Positions 12,081 through 22,403 of a DNA stretch of 64,000 bases are shown here, piece by piece. Position 1 is the first letter of the stretch. Each line of letters starts with the position of its first letter. This DNA is from Candidatus Bathyarchaeota archaeon (lineage in GTDB: Archaea > Thermoproteota > Bathyarchaeia > Bathyarchaeales > Bathycorpusculaceae). The stretch covers positions 96,001-160,000 of the forward strand of contig CAVYHV010000008.1 in assembly GCA_963768425.1 (NCBI GenBank), read 5' to 3'. The notes under the pieces were generated by a model. The model ran no database searches. It was not told where the DNA came from and saw nothing but the letters and a program-made list of their open reading frames with translations. The position numbers and the translations under genes were made by a program.

Positions 12081-13048
12081 ACACCAGATACTCGCCTTAT
12101 AGAACAAATACCCAAAATAGCCAAAGTGCTTGAAAACTTGGAAGCATTAGGCAAAGAACAAACAACAAGAAAAACCTACAAGAAACTACTTTTAAGATTA
12201 GCCAACAAAACAGACCTAAACGAACCAAACCAAGTCAACCTTGCAATAGCACGATTCAAAAAATTCAACCGCGCAAACAGGCAAAGACACAAACAAAGAC
12301 GTAACCAATGCATACAAAGACCGACTAATATCAGCCTACAAAACCTACGTTGAATACTATAACATACAAAATTGGAAGCAGCCCTATTACACCCCAGAAG
12401 ATAAAGGCATCCAGCCACCAAATGAGGAAAAAGTAAAATTCTTAATAGCAACAGCCAAAGAACCCCTAAACATAAAAATAATGATAATAGGAGAAACAGG
12501 ACTAAGACCAAAAGAAGTCACAGGCACAAACGGACTCCAAGTAAACGACATCCACAAAGACACAAAAACATTAACCGCAAGAAGCCTGAAAGGATGCAAC
12601 CCAAGACCACCAATGCCAATAAGCGACGAACTACTAACAGCACTAAACAAACTACGTAACAAAACACAACCTAAAAGGCACAGACCTATTATTCACAGGG
12701 AATACTCAGAAACACTATCAAACCATTTTTACGACCACAAGATAACTTTTAGCGAAAAGACTAAACGACCCAACAATAACTCAAATAAGACTCTACGACA
12801 TCCGACACTACTACATAACAAAGAAAGTTAGAAAACTACAAAACATAGAAATAGTAAGACAAATCACAGGACACAAAAGACTAAACACACTACAAAGATA
12901 CATCCACATAGCACTAAACCAAACAGGCGAATGGATAATCAGAATAAACCAACGACAAAGAAAGAGTCAGATGCAACTCCTAAAGGAAGATTTTACTTAT
13001 GTAATAACAACACCAGACGGATACATGAAATTCAAAAAACCAAAATAA
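12051..13048 (+). pseudogene. int: Tyrosine integrase C-terminal part Int(C); several frameshifts (decay or sequence error)
   Basis: Stitched frames give ETGLRPKE (R), SLKG (K), LYDIRHYY, TGHKRLNTLQRY (H, Y) and end in DGYMKFKKPK-stop; frame is open through the att core. Confidence 0.88.
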
Positions 13049-13134
13049 ACATACATTTTCTCAAACTACCGCGACAGAGAAAGTAAAGGAACGCAAATGC
13101 AAAGACTTAAAACTAAAGTGAAATCAAATAAGAT

Positions 13135-14121
13135 TTGATAAGAAAGAAGGCAATATCAACGAGTTTCTTTAATAGAAAAAAATGGAATGAAGACAGCTTC
13201 CAGTTATCATTAGGTGAAACTGAGCTATCTTTTGGAGATGAATTGAAAGGGACTCTTAGCATCAAGTCCGACGTTGAGTTCGATATTGAAAAGATTTGGG
13301 TTAGGCTAAGCTGTGAAGAAAGTCTTCGGGAAAAGACCACGCAATTCTCTACGATAACGATAATTTAGACCTTAGTGATGCCGTACATGTGAACGCTGGG
13401 TTTCATAAAGAATTTCCTTTTGTTCTCAAGCTGCCATCCGATGGAAGAGAAACATATCATAGTATTCACGAAAATGTGCGATGGTTAGTGGATGCATACA
13501 TCAAAGTAAAAGGAATGAAATATGCCATAAGTACTGAGGGAGGCGGCGAGATTCTTGTCACAAAGCCTGAAGATTCCAACTATACCCATAAAACAAGTCA
13601 AAGAGGTTGCGAGATACCAAACACCTTTGTCAAGTAAGGCGACGAAATTGTATTGTCCTAATTGTGGAAAGGAAGTTCTGAATGAGGATGCTATTTTCTG
13701 CCCATATTGCTCCAAACCATTAAGGTCAGCAAAAAAGCAATCTGGTTTTCCAACTACCGCTGGCATATTGGCAATAATCGCTGCATGCATAACAATTGTG
13801 ATTGGTATTTTTGAATTCCTTAATTTTGCAAGTGATTATCCATATAATTACCGTTATTATATCCCCTATATATTTGATAATTTATTTGTTGGAATATGGA
13901 GTACTATTTGTTTCGCAGTTGGATTATCGGCTGCGATTTATTCAATAAAAAGAAAGCGTTTCGTATTATCAATAATTGGTAGCAGTCTGCTATTGGTTAC
14001 GGCTTTTTTGTATTCTATCATTACACAAGGCTTCGGATTGGTGTTTCTCGGAATACCCGTCTTGATTTTCTCAATTTTGAGTATTGTTTTTGTGGCAATC
14101 TCAAAAAGCGAATTCACATAG
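13135..14121 (+). pseudogene. Cargo: arrestin/SpoOM-like beta domain + zinc ribbon + multi-TM protein (three overlapping ORFs, probably one gene)
   Basis: GDELKGTLSI...EFPFVLKLP...VRWLVDAYIKV; CPNCG...FCPYCSKPL; hydrophobic C-terminus. Confidence 0.55.
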
Positions 14122-14257
14122 AACAAATCGTTGAATCATAGAATAACACCCGCTACGAAATTAAACTTAACGTTTAATCAGTACCTTCTTAGCCCTCTCA
14201 ACGATAAATTCTTTAAATCCGCATAACGAAGAAATAGCCTGAACATAGCAAGAAGAG

Positions 14258-14865
14258 ATGAAAATCAAAACGAACAAGAAGATTTTGTTTATCTTGGCGT
14301 TTCTTACAACCCTCGTAATAGGGATTGTGATAATCTCTCTTTCTTTTATTATTATTGGGAAATCGCTAACATAGCTGAATATGTCGCGTTATATGTGTCA
14401 GCTTCAACGGCAATTTTTACCTCAATCAAGACCTTGATTGAACCAGAAGCAAAAACTGAACCTATTCTAGAATCACCCCCCAACTTAAATCCGAGTGCCA
14501 AAAAAGCTATCGCTGGGTTTTTGTCAGGAAAGGTATTTGTCGATTTGTTGATAGAAAATGTGGGCTATTCTATAGCAAAAGATATTGAGGTGAAATGTCA
14601 CTTAATTCCAAATTCTTCCCGTGCATCTCAAGAATGATGGGTTTTTTAAACATTCAATGCTTGCACCAATTCCTAAAGACCCGCCTATCACGTTTTACCT
14701 TTGGAATTCGTTGATCTTGACAAACTGGCTAACCAAAAATTGGTCGTCGAAGCATCATTTTCAAATGAGGAAAACAAGAAGCAAGAAGTTTTGAGACTGG
14801 AAGTGGCATTTGACAAAGTAGAAGGTGAGTTAGCTCAGAGACTTGAAGACGAAGGGTTCCATTAA
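14258..14865 (+). pseudogene. Cargo: membrane-anchored hypothetical protein, frameshifted
   Basis: MKIKTNKKILFILAFL hydrophobic N-terminus continuing via frame changes into LLIENVGYSIAKDIEV and ...QRLEDEGFH-stop. Confidence 0.45.
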
Positions 14866-14955
14866 GTTAGAGCAAGAGCCAAAGGACTGGTGAACCCCAG
14901 GGATTTCGAATATCAATTATCAACATCAGATAATTGCATGCAGTTCAGAAAACCA

Positions 14956-15023
14956 AAATAATCTTATTTTTTTCGTTCCGCTCCGCTGCGCTCCGCTTCA
15001 CTCCACCAAAAACAAGATAATTT
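14956..15023. repeat. 16-bp inverted repeat enclosing six CGCTC-like pentamers (candidate single-strand origin/terminator)
   Basis: AAATAATCTTATTTTT / AAAAACAAGATAATTT arms; loop cgttc-cgctc-cgctg-cgctc-cgctt-cactc. Confidence 0.6.
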
Positions 15024-15202
15024 CTATCAATTTCAAGCTTATTCAGAAATGAAACCGATCATCTTTCAATTGACTTCGGAATCAAGTCCTTCGGAACAAT
15101 CGACTCTTAATACAAACACTACTATCTAACGCAAACCGACGACAAACAAAACGCAGCTTACCATTTAAACTCTTAACGTAACAAATTCCGTAACCTAACT
15201 TC

Positions 15203-16501
15203 TCAACAAAACTCACATGGCAATTTATCATACCAACAAGGTTCTACCATAAGCATCAAACTCAAACCAACTCTATACCGAGAAGCATAGGGCTTACGCC
15301 TATCACTCTCAGCAACAACTTGCCACACCTCATAACCATCCTCAAGCGCAGGCATCCAGCTATCTCGCACATAATCAACCGCATACTTAGCCAACGCAAA
15401 AACCTTACTACCCAAATATTTAGCCTCAATTAACTCATGCTGACAAAGCGGACAGAGCATCTTACGTACCTCATAAGTAACTTTGAGCTTCCGATAACTA
15501 GTGCAACCGAACCAAGTAACAACAACGTGACGAATCCTGACAATGTTAACAGATAAAGCCTGACTCATTCAGAAACCCCCACCTTGATAGCACTATGATT
15601 TAACTGATACCAAGCCGTGCCAAAAACTGTAGCACGTTCAGCCTCGCATTTAATTATATATTTATTTTTCTTGTAAGAACCCCTGAACTCGCTCTTCAAA
15701 TCCACCGCAACCAGCACAAACAAACTCATTACCATGCTCCTCAATCAAGCGACCACTACGAGAACGAAAACGCCTAAGCGTTTTAGCGCAAGACCTACAC
15801 TTTCCGTACCCACCAAGAATATACGCAATACTATGTATGTGGGGGCTCCAAGTCCACCCAAACAAAACACCTTTTTCAAGAGACTCTTGATAATTCGCAT
15901 ACCTAAAACCATGAAAAATGAGACAACCGCCAACAACGCCAACCTCAGACAGAATTCTCTTTACTTTAATTCGGAACTTGTCGTTATTAAATTCAGCTAA
16001 ACCCAAATCGGAATAAGGCGGACTGATAACAATGTGCTGGGGAGCACCAAACCGCTTAGACGCAGCCTCTATACGCTGAGCGATATGATCAGCTTCACGC
16101 TTAGCCCAACCCGAAAAACAGCAAACAGGACACCTCGGATTATTGCACGAACGATGAATCTTACGCACAAAATTCTCGCCAGCGTGTGAGACACCATCCA
16201 AATTAGACTGACTATGAAGCTCAAGACGATTACAAATCATAAATTTCTGAAAAGTACCACAATAAGAATTAGTTTGAACCCCCTGACCAACCAACTCCCA
16301 AAAACCGTGATGAGCACTAACATCCTTCGGAGCTTCACAATCACCAAACGACTTAGCATAATCATAATAAAGCTTCTCAATATCCTTCTCAGATAACCCA
16401 GTAACGGAAGGAAAAACCGAAGCAGAAAAAACAAAAAACCCAGAAAAATGAAGTAAAAGGAACCGCAGGAAAATTATAACATCCAAAACAGGAAGCATCA
16501 A
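15203..16501 (-). pseudogene. rep: HUH rolling-circle replication initiator (archaeal/pleolipovirus-type Rep); frameshift near 15690 and stop/restart at 15565-15568
   Basis: SCNNPRCPVC, QHIVISPP, GGCLIFHGFR, WSPHIH (HUH); shifted frame gives TAWYQLNH (catalytic Tyr), then VVTWFG..SYRKLKV..CPLC. Confidence 0.8.
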
Positions 16502-16740
16502 ATCACCACGCCCTTATCACACCGCCAAACAACACGGAAAACCTTGGATTTAGGATAATACCGAAACCTCACACGCTTACCACGAGAGCGGCAAGCACCA
16601 GAACCCGTGCCACAAATACAAAGAGGTAAACCATAACGAGTCCCAATTTGCTGAGCTAACTTGCATCTTTCTGCCCATTCCTTCTCAGCCTTGCCAACAA
16701 CAAGCGAACCAAGAACCAAAGGTTCTAACATATTAATCAA
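16498..16740 (-). CDS. Small hypothetical protein upstream of rep
   Basis: ORF overlaps the rep ORF start; same strand bias as the element backbone. Confidence 0.45.
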   Translation of the reverse strand: MINMLEPLVLGSLVVGKAEKEWAERCKLAQQIGTRYGLPLCICGTGSGACRSRGKRVRFRYYPKSKVFRVVWRCDKGVVI

Positions 16741-16915
16741 AAAGAAAATGTGACCGCGAGTAAAGATATAGCTTCATAAGCTGGCAAAGCGATACATAAC
16801 CGCGACGGAGAAAACCTACACGAATACAGTAGGAATCTTAAACGGCAAACAAAAAATCCACAACAAACAAGCATTAACCCTACTTTATAATAACGAACCA
16901 CTTACCACATGGGAA

Positions 16916-17362
16916 ATGGCTAAAAAATTAACAAATGTTGGAAACAGACGAAGTCTAAACTCCACTTTAAACAAATCAATGCGCAAACTCGAAACTAAAG
17001 GATACGTTTACCGAAAAGACGACGATAAATGGTATTTAAAACTCAAAGGCTTCATAGTAGTACTCCTAATTCAGCCAGAACCCAAAAAATGGAGCGATAA
17101 ATGGACAACAATTTTTATGAATAACCTAAAAACCAACGAAAACGACAGGATGATAGAATTCACCAATCTCGGTTTTAGCAACACCAAAATACAAGAAATA
17201 TCAAAAGCCATCAATAGATACTTAGGTGACTTTGAAAACTGGGTTGCATTCTCAAAAACCGTGGAAAAGAAAAAAATCGATATGGACAAAATCACAGACC
17301 AAACATTAGTACTCATGCTAGTATCAGAAAACCTTGACTTGTCTAAATTCTCAATAGCCTAA
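16916..17362 (+). CDS. Winged-helix DNA-binding protein (true start probably upstream, near 16805-16820)
   Basis: STLNKSMRKLETKGYV...KWYLKLKG; frame open upstream giving GILNGKQKIHNKQALTLL..EPLTTWEMAK. Confidence 0.65.
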   Translation: MAKKLTNVGNRRSLNSTLNKSMRKLETKGYVYRKDDDKWYLKLKGFIVVLLIQPEPKKWSDKWTTIFMNNLKTNENDRMIEFTNLGFSNTKIQEISKAINRYLGDFENWVAFSKTVEKKKIDMDKITDQTLVLMLVSENLDLSKFSIA

Positions 17363-17721
17363 ATTTCAATCCAATTCAAATTTCATCCCTAAATCCAGAC
17401 GATACGCTAAAAGCCGAACCTCAAGACAACCGTTCCGTCAAAATGACCACAAACTCCAAAAAATTATCAGGAATAAACAAGACCATAAAGACAGAGAACC
17501 GCATTTCCCCCAGAAGCAGTTCTCTACATTAAGGTCTATTATCCCCATAGTGAAAAGGACACAAAAATTAAGCAAACTAAATTTTTGAACCAAACCACTA
17601 TCACCCCACATTGACCCTTATCTGACTCACCACTTACCTACACCCGATTCACCCGCACCCCATCGAAATTTTTCGAGAAAAATTTAGTAAAGCCTGAGCA
17701 GACAAGAAACAAGTAATAAAC

Positions 17722-17815
17722 AGGGGACATATTCCCCTACCATACCTCTTCTAAACAGGGGACACATTCCCCTAACGTACCCTTTTTGGAAGCCAGTAAG
17801 GGGACAGATTCCCCT
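17722..17815. repeat. Three iterated hairpins AGGGGA-CANAT-TCCCCT (candidate replication origin)
   Basis: Copies at 17722-17738, 17757-17773 and 17799-17815, each followed by an accatacc/aacgtacc tail. Confidence 0.75.
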
Positions 17816-18122
17816 ACCATACCCTTTCTAAGGAATATATGTATAAGAAAAAATTAGTGCTCACTCACCGCAAACGCAAATAGCCCGCCAATCGTACCAC
17901 ACCAATTTTTCACGCAATACAAAAACCCAAGCAATCTTTACTTTGTCAAAGAAGATTAAACAAAGAAAGATAAGCAGAAAGAAAAACAGAATAGACCAAT
18001 AACTGAAAAGACCAATTTATTAAGCAGATAACAACCTAAAAACAGACCATAAATAGAAAACAAAATTAGAAATAAGACTTATAACTAGCCAAACACACAA
18101 CATACTCCACAGATGAATTAAA

Positions 18123-18180
18123 ATGACAGCAACAACAGAACCCAATAAATTAGTAAGGCTTAAGGCGAGTATTCAAACAG
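18123..18180 (+). CDS. int: Integrase N-terminal fragment Int(N), MTATTEPNKLVRLKASIQT
   Basis: ATG 18123 is in frame through the att core with Int(C) once the element circularises; TTATAA box at 18079-18084. Confidence 0.7.
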
Positions 18181-18194
18181 CTTTTGGGCGTAAA
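18163..18194 (+). repeat. attR (core 18163-18180 plus displaced original 3' end of the GT gene)
   Basis: GGC GAG TAT TCA AAC AGC TTT TGG GCG TAA encodes GEYSNSFWA-stop, same peptide as attL. Confidence 0.9.
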
Positions 18195-18203
18195 CCCCAA
18201 GCT

Positions 18204-19568
18204 CTATTTGCCTATGACCTTTACATTTTCAACTTGAATCCAAGGGGAAATCAGTTGCCCCATCTGACGCTCATTGCTGCCAATTAAGCTGATGTTTTTG
18301 AGTACTTCAAAGATGTTGCCGGCTAGCATGACGCCTCTACTGCAGTGGGTTATTTCGCCTTTCTTGATCTTCCAAGCAGGGGTTGCCACCACCGAGAATT
18401 CGCCGCTTACCGGGTTACTGCTGTGTGCACCTTGCAGATAATATACCATTAAACCGTCATCGATCTCACTTAGCATTTCATCTGCCGTTTTGTCTCCCGG
18501 CAGTATATGGAAGTTTGTTGTGTCGATGCTTGGGGTTGACAGGTATCCTGCGCGTCCCGCGTTTCCAGTGCTTTGTTTTCCTTCCTTTTTCGCTGAGTAA
18601 CTGTCATAAAGGAAACCGCGCAAAATGCCCTTCTCGATGATTGCTGTTTTCTGATGTGGCACGCCTTCACCGTCAAAAGCCCACGTTCGTAGGCCGCCTG
18701 CGAACAATCCGTCATCGTAAACTGTTAATTTATCCGAAGCTACTTTTTCGCCGATTTTCCCCTTAAACGCAGACTGATTTCGCTGCACACTATCCGCTCT
18801 CACTGCATTAATCAACGTGTAGGCGAGAAGATCCTGCAGCGCAAACTGAGTGAGAATTAGAGTGGTGCTTTTGGTTTCTACTGACTTAGTTTTTAACGCA
18901 GAAAGTGCCAGTTTCGCCGCTTCTTTGCCGACCCAAACTGGATCAACCTCATAGCTTCTTGATGCATTGAATTCGAAGCAAACGGGCGTAACAGAGATGC
19001 CTTCTTTTGCCACGGTGGCTATGCTGCATTCTACAACTGTGCCCTTGTCAAAACCCGAGATGCCGCTTGAGTTGGCGACAGCGTTAGAAATGTAAGCGCT
19101 GCCTATACCCCCTTCAATGGGGAACACTCTTTTGTCAACTTGCCCAGCAGCCTCAAGCATTGCTGCAGCGACTTCGACGAGTTCCCCTGACTCTAGTTCA
19201 ACAACCCGTTCATCAAAGGTTTTTTCAGGTGAAGCGTAAGTTTCACTTCCTGGCAGTCCTTTCCAGTCTGCGTCAGGTTTGCTTGCTCTTGCCGCGCTTA
19301 AAGCCCTTGAGATTACGTCTTCGACAGCGGTTGGGTCGTCGATTACGTTTGTGTAAGCAAAACCCATCGCTTTTTCAGCGACCACGCGGATGCCTAATCC
19401 TCGGTCAATGATCCTGTTAGTCTTGCTAATCTGGCCCAGTTCGATGCCGATGTTTGTTGCTTGTCCTTCGTAAACGTAAGCCTCCGCTTCAGAAGCTCCT
19501 TTCTTAAGGGCTTGACTCACCGTGTTTTCCGCTAAATCTACCATTACTTCTTTTTTAAGCACTGCCAC
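18204..19568 (-). CDS. pmbA: TldE/PmbA family protein
   Basis: FDGEGVP, STGNAGR, SGEFS; lacks HExxxH. Confidence 0.88.
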   Translation of the reverse strand: MAVLKKEVMVDLAENTVSQALKKGASEAEAYVYEGQATNIGIELGQISKTNRIIDRGLGIRVVAEKAMGFAYTNVIDDPTAVEDVISRALSAARASKPDADWKGLPGSETYASPEKTFDERVVELESGELVEVAAAMLEAAGQVDKRVFPIEGGIGSAYISNAVANSSGISGFDKGTVVECSIATVAKEGISVTPVCFEFNASRSYEVDPVWVGKEAAKLALSALKTKSVETKSTTLILTQFALQDLLAYTLINAVRADSVQRNQSAFKGKIGEKVASDKLTVYDDGLFAGGLRTWAFDGEGVPHQKTAIIEKGILRGFLYDSYSAKKEGKQSTGNAGRAGYLSTPSIDTTNFHILPGDKTADEMLSEIDDGLMVYYLQGAHSSNPVSGEFSVVATPAWKIKKGEITHCSRGVMLAGNIFEVLKNISLIGSNERQMGQLISPWIQVENVKVIGK

Positions 19569-20958
19569 CGACCATGATCTCCTTTATGCTAATGTGTGGT
19601 CCTCCATCACATATGAACGCTGTCTGACCTTTGCCGCATCTTCCAGGATCCAAGAGAAAATCCTTGCCGACCCCGTCGACTTTATTAAGGGTTTCAAGTG
19701 TGTTGCCGCTTATTGAGGCGTCGCGTACCGATGCGCCTATTTCGCCGTTTACTATTTCGTAGCCTTCTTGGATGCCGACTTGGAATGTTCCATCAAGATT
19801 TGCCTGTCCACCCCTAAAACTCTTAAAGTAGAAGCCTTGCTTCACGTTTTCTACCAATTCTTCAAAGGAGTGATCCCTTGGCTCCATGTATGTGCAACGC
19901 ATACGGATTATTGGTTCCACTCGAAAATCTTCGGCTCTCGCATTGCCCGTGGGCTGAGCGTTGAATTTTTGAGCAGTTTCACGGTTATGCATCAAGCCTG
20001 CGACGACACCGTCTTTTATGAGCAGTGTTTTCTGGGTTTGAACGCCTTCGTCATCGTATTTGAATGCGCCAAAAGAGCCATCGATGGTACCGTCATCATA
20101 AAAAGTGACCAAGTCAGAGCCGATTTTCTTTCCTAAGTTGTCAGCTAAGACGCCGCCTGAAAGAGCCAGATCCGCTTCAGCCAAATGCCCAAACGCCTCA
20201 TGGACAAAAACTCCGACAACATTTGGACCCAGTACGACCGGAAACGTTCCTCCCTTCAAAGATTTGGCGCCTAACTGCTCAATCGCGCGTTTGGCTACTT
20301 TTTCGCCCAAATCTTCGGGAGACACCTCATCGAAGATTTCGTAGCCCGCCGTGGAACCTATTTCATCACGGCTAAACGTGAATATGCCCTCATTGAGGGC
20401 CGAACCTGCGATTCTTGCCCAAACATATAATTTGTCCTGCTCTATGCTCGAGCCGTCGCTGTTCACAAAATAGCTGGTTCCCATCAAATCAAGATAATCA
20501 ATTGTGAAACTCTTTATCCGTTTATCGTAGCCCAAACCCGTCTTGTTCACTGTCATGGCTGTTTTGATTTTGTCCTCCATCGAAATATCCGCTGGGTTCT
20601 TTTTCGGCTTAGATCTCACGCGGTCGGTAACAACTTTGGTGTCGGAAAGCTTGATTGGCTTTTTCAGGTGTGAACTCGCCATTTTCGCCATTTTGCAAGC
20701 ATCTGAAACTGCGTCCTCCAAAATCGTTTGGTCCAGAGAGCCGACGGAAGCAAACCCCCATGTACCATTAACTAGTACGCGCAAGGCAACGCCACTTTCG
20801 ATACCCTGTTTTGCCGCTTCAACCCGCTCTTCTTTGAGGGTTAGCATTGTTTTAACCATTTCTTGTGCTCGGGCTTCGGCGTATTGTGCTCCGAACTTTT
20901 GGGTGGCTATGCGGTTAATTTTGGTGAGAAGGTCTTTCAAAGTTATCTGCCTTTGCAA
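19555..20958 (-). CDS. tldD: TldD metalloprotease
   Basis: [23 protein letters not shown]. Confidence 0.92.
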   Translation of the reverse strand: MQRQITLKDLLTKINRIATQKFGAQYAEARAQEMVKTMLTLKEERVEAAKQGIESGVALRVLVNGTWGFASVGSLDQTILEDAVSDACKMAKMASSHLKKPIKLSDTKVVTDRVRSKPKKNPADISMEDKIKTAMTVNKTGLGYDKRIKSFTIDYLDLMGTSYFVNSDGSSIEQDKLYVWARIAGSALNEGIFTFSRDEIGSTAGYEIFDEVSPEDLGEKVAKRAIEQLGAKSLKGGTFPVVLGPNVVGVFVHEAFGHLAEADLALSGGVLADNLGKKIGSDLVTFYDDGTIDGSFGAFKYDDEGVQTQKTLLIKDGVVAGLMHNRETAQKFNAQPTGNARAEDFRVEPIIRMRCTYMEPRDHSFEELVENVKQGFYFKSFRGGQANLDGTFQVGIQEGYEIVNGEIGASVRDASISGNTLETLNKVDGVGKDFLLDPGRCGKGQTAFICDGGPHISIKEIMVGGSA

Positions 20959-21037
20959 AGTTGAATATAATTAAAACTATTTTGTAGGAATTAAACCGTT
21001 TGTTGCTTGCTTTCCTCAGCGAAGGATGGCTTGTGTT

Positions 21038-22366
21038 TTACCAAAAATCGTTCATGTTTAGCTGCTTGACTGTTGCAACTGGTGGTTTAGACTTAATTTT
21101 AGGTGTGTCAACATCTAGGACCAGTTGTCCGTAGACGCCGTCATACCCTGGGGTAACTTTTGCTTCGCCATTTCTCACCTTAACGATTTCCTGGGCAATA
21201 GAGGCATCAACCAGTTTGGCTAAAGCTTCCAATGGAGCGTCAATCAGCACTGAGTATTCATCGCCGAATTTCTCAATCAGCAAGTTGTAGTTTTTCCAAA
21301 CCGCCTGAGTTGAAGGTGATTCAGTGCCTAATACTGCCGCGATTATTTCGGAGAGTGGTAGCAAACGCATAAAGCCTGGAGCGTTCGCGCGTTTGAAGTC
21401 TGGGGGTCTGTCTGCGAGTTCTTCAATTCGTTGTTCCACACCTTTTGTCAGTTTTCGTCGGCATACTGGGCAGATGTTGCCGAACTTTCTGGCTTCAGCC
21501 GGTGAGAGGGAAACTTTGCAGTTGCGGTGTCCTGTCCAATGATATTTGCCGTAGGCGGGGTCAACTTCAATGGTGTACTTGAACCGTGCTGGGTCATTTT
21601 TTATTATGGCGTCTGTGACTTGTTGGTACGTGAAGTTTTCAAGTTCGAAGACATTGGCTTCTCTTCCTAGGCGCCAAGGCCAAAAACTGTGGCAGTCACT
21701 GTTCGAAACTAAAGTGTATTTGTCTAACTCGCTTAAGCGCCAGTTCATCGGGGGGTCGCTGCTTAATCCAGTTTCCAAGGCATGTATATGGCGTGTCATG
21801 TCTTGGTAACAGTCTTCCATAGTGTCGAAGCCGCTGAACGCACCAAAGACGCTGAACCACGGGGTCCAAGCATGCGCGGGAAAAACCATGTTTTCAGCTG
21901 AGACTACCATTATCTCCTCTACAAGTTGTGGCGCTGAAACATTCAAGATTGGTCTGCCGTCTGATGCCAAATCGCCGAATCGTTTTAGCCGGTCATTGAT
22001 TTGAGTGGCTGTCTCCATGCTCGGGGTTAAGATGACGTGGTGGACCTTTTTGTTTTCGTTTTTGAAGTCGAATATTGTGCAAACTTCGGTTGTAAGCATG
22101 AACCGAACAGGCGAATCAACTTTGCCTGCCAGCTTGAATAGGCCAGTATCCTGTTCGGGCGTCAAGGTTTCGCGAATCTCTTTTAGCCACAGCGGATGGG
22201 TAAAGTCGCCTGTGCCCACCAAGTTTAAGCCTTTGATTCTTGAGTAACGTGCAATCTCCGGGATGCTCATCTGCTCGCTTGTTGCCCTGCTGAATCGACC
22301 GTGAATATGCAAGTCAGCTATAACTCTCAATATTGGCACCCAATCCCTAACGTGAACTTTAACCAT
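21038..22366 (-). CDS. Endonuclease Q family (PHP domain + Zn finger)
   Basis: ADLHIHGRFSRATS, GTGDFTHP, ETGLSSD, SNSDCHS, GKYH..GHRNC, PGYDGVYG. Confidence 0.88.
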   Translation of the reverse strand: MVKVHVRDWVPILRVIADLHIHGRFSRATSEQMSIPEIARYSRIKGLNLVGTGDFTHPLWLKEIRETLTPEQDTGLFKLAGKVDSPVRFMLTTEVCTIFDFKNENKKVHHVILTPSMETATQINDRLKRFGDLASDGRPILNVSAPQLVEEIMVVSAENMVFPAHAWTPWFSVFGAFSGFDTMEDCYQDMTRHIHALETGLSSDPPMNWRLSELDKYTLVSNSDCHSFWPWRLGREANVFELENFTYQQVTDAIIKNDPARFKYTIEVDPAYGKYHWTGHRNCKVSLSPAEARKFGNICPVCRRKLTKGVEQRIEELADRPPDFKRANAPGFMRLLPLSEIIAAVLGTESPSTQAVWKNYNLLIEKFGDEYSVLIDAPLEALAKLVDASIAQEIVKVRNGEAKVTPGYDGVYGQLVLDVDTPKIKSKPPVATVKQLNMNDFW

Positions 22367-22403
22367 TTTAAGGCTTCGCTAAACCAACACAAAAAATGCA
22401 AGA

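Larger units (their letters stand above)
12049..18180. mobile_element. Integrated plasmid-like element (~6.1 kb) with split tyrosine integrase and HUH rolling-circle Rep
   Basis: Flanking 18-bp direct repeat, integrase, Rep, abrupt shift to A/C-rich + strand. Confidence 0.9.

Noticed and set aside
17717-17830. Hairpin repeats as a mini-CRISPR array
   Set aside because: Only three copies, the intervening DNA is short and similar rather than unique spacers, and no cas genes are in the window.
12049-18180. Element as a complete provirus (pleolipovirus)
   Set aside because: No recognisable spike, NTPase or conserved virion gene block.
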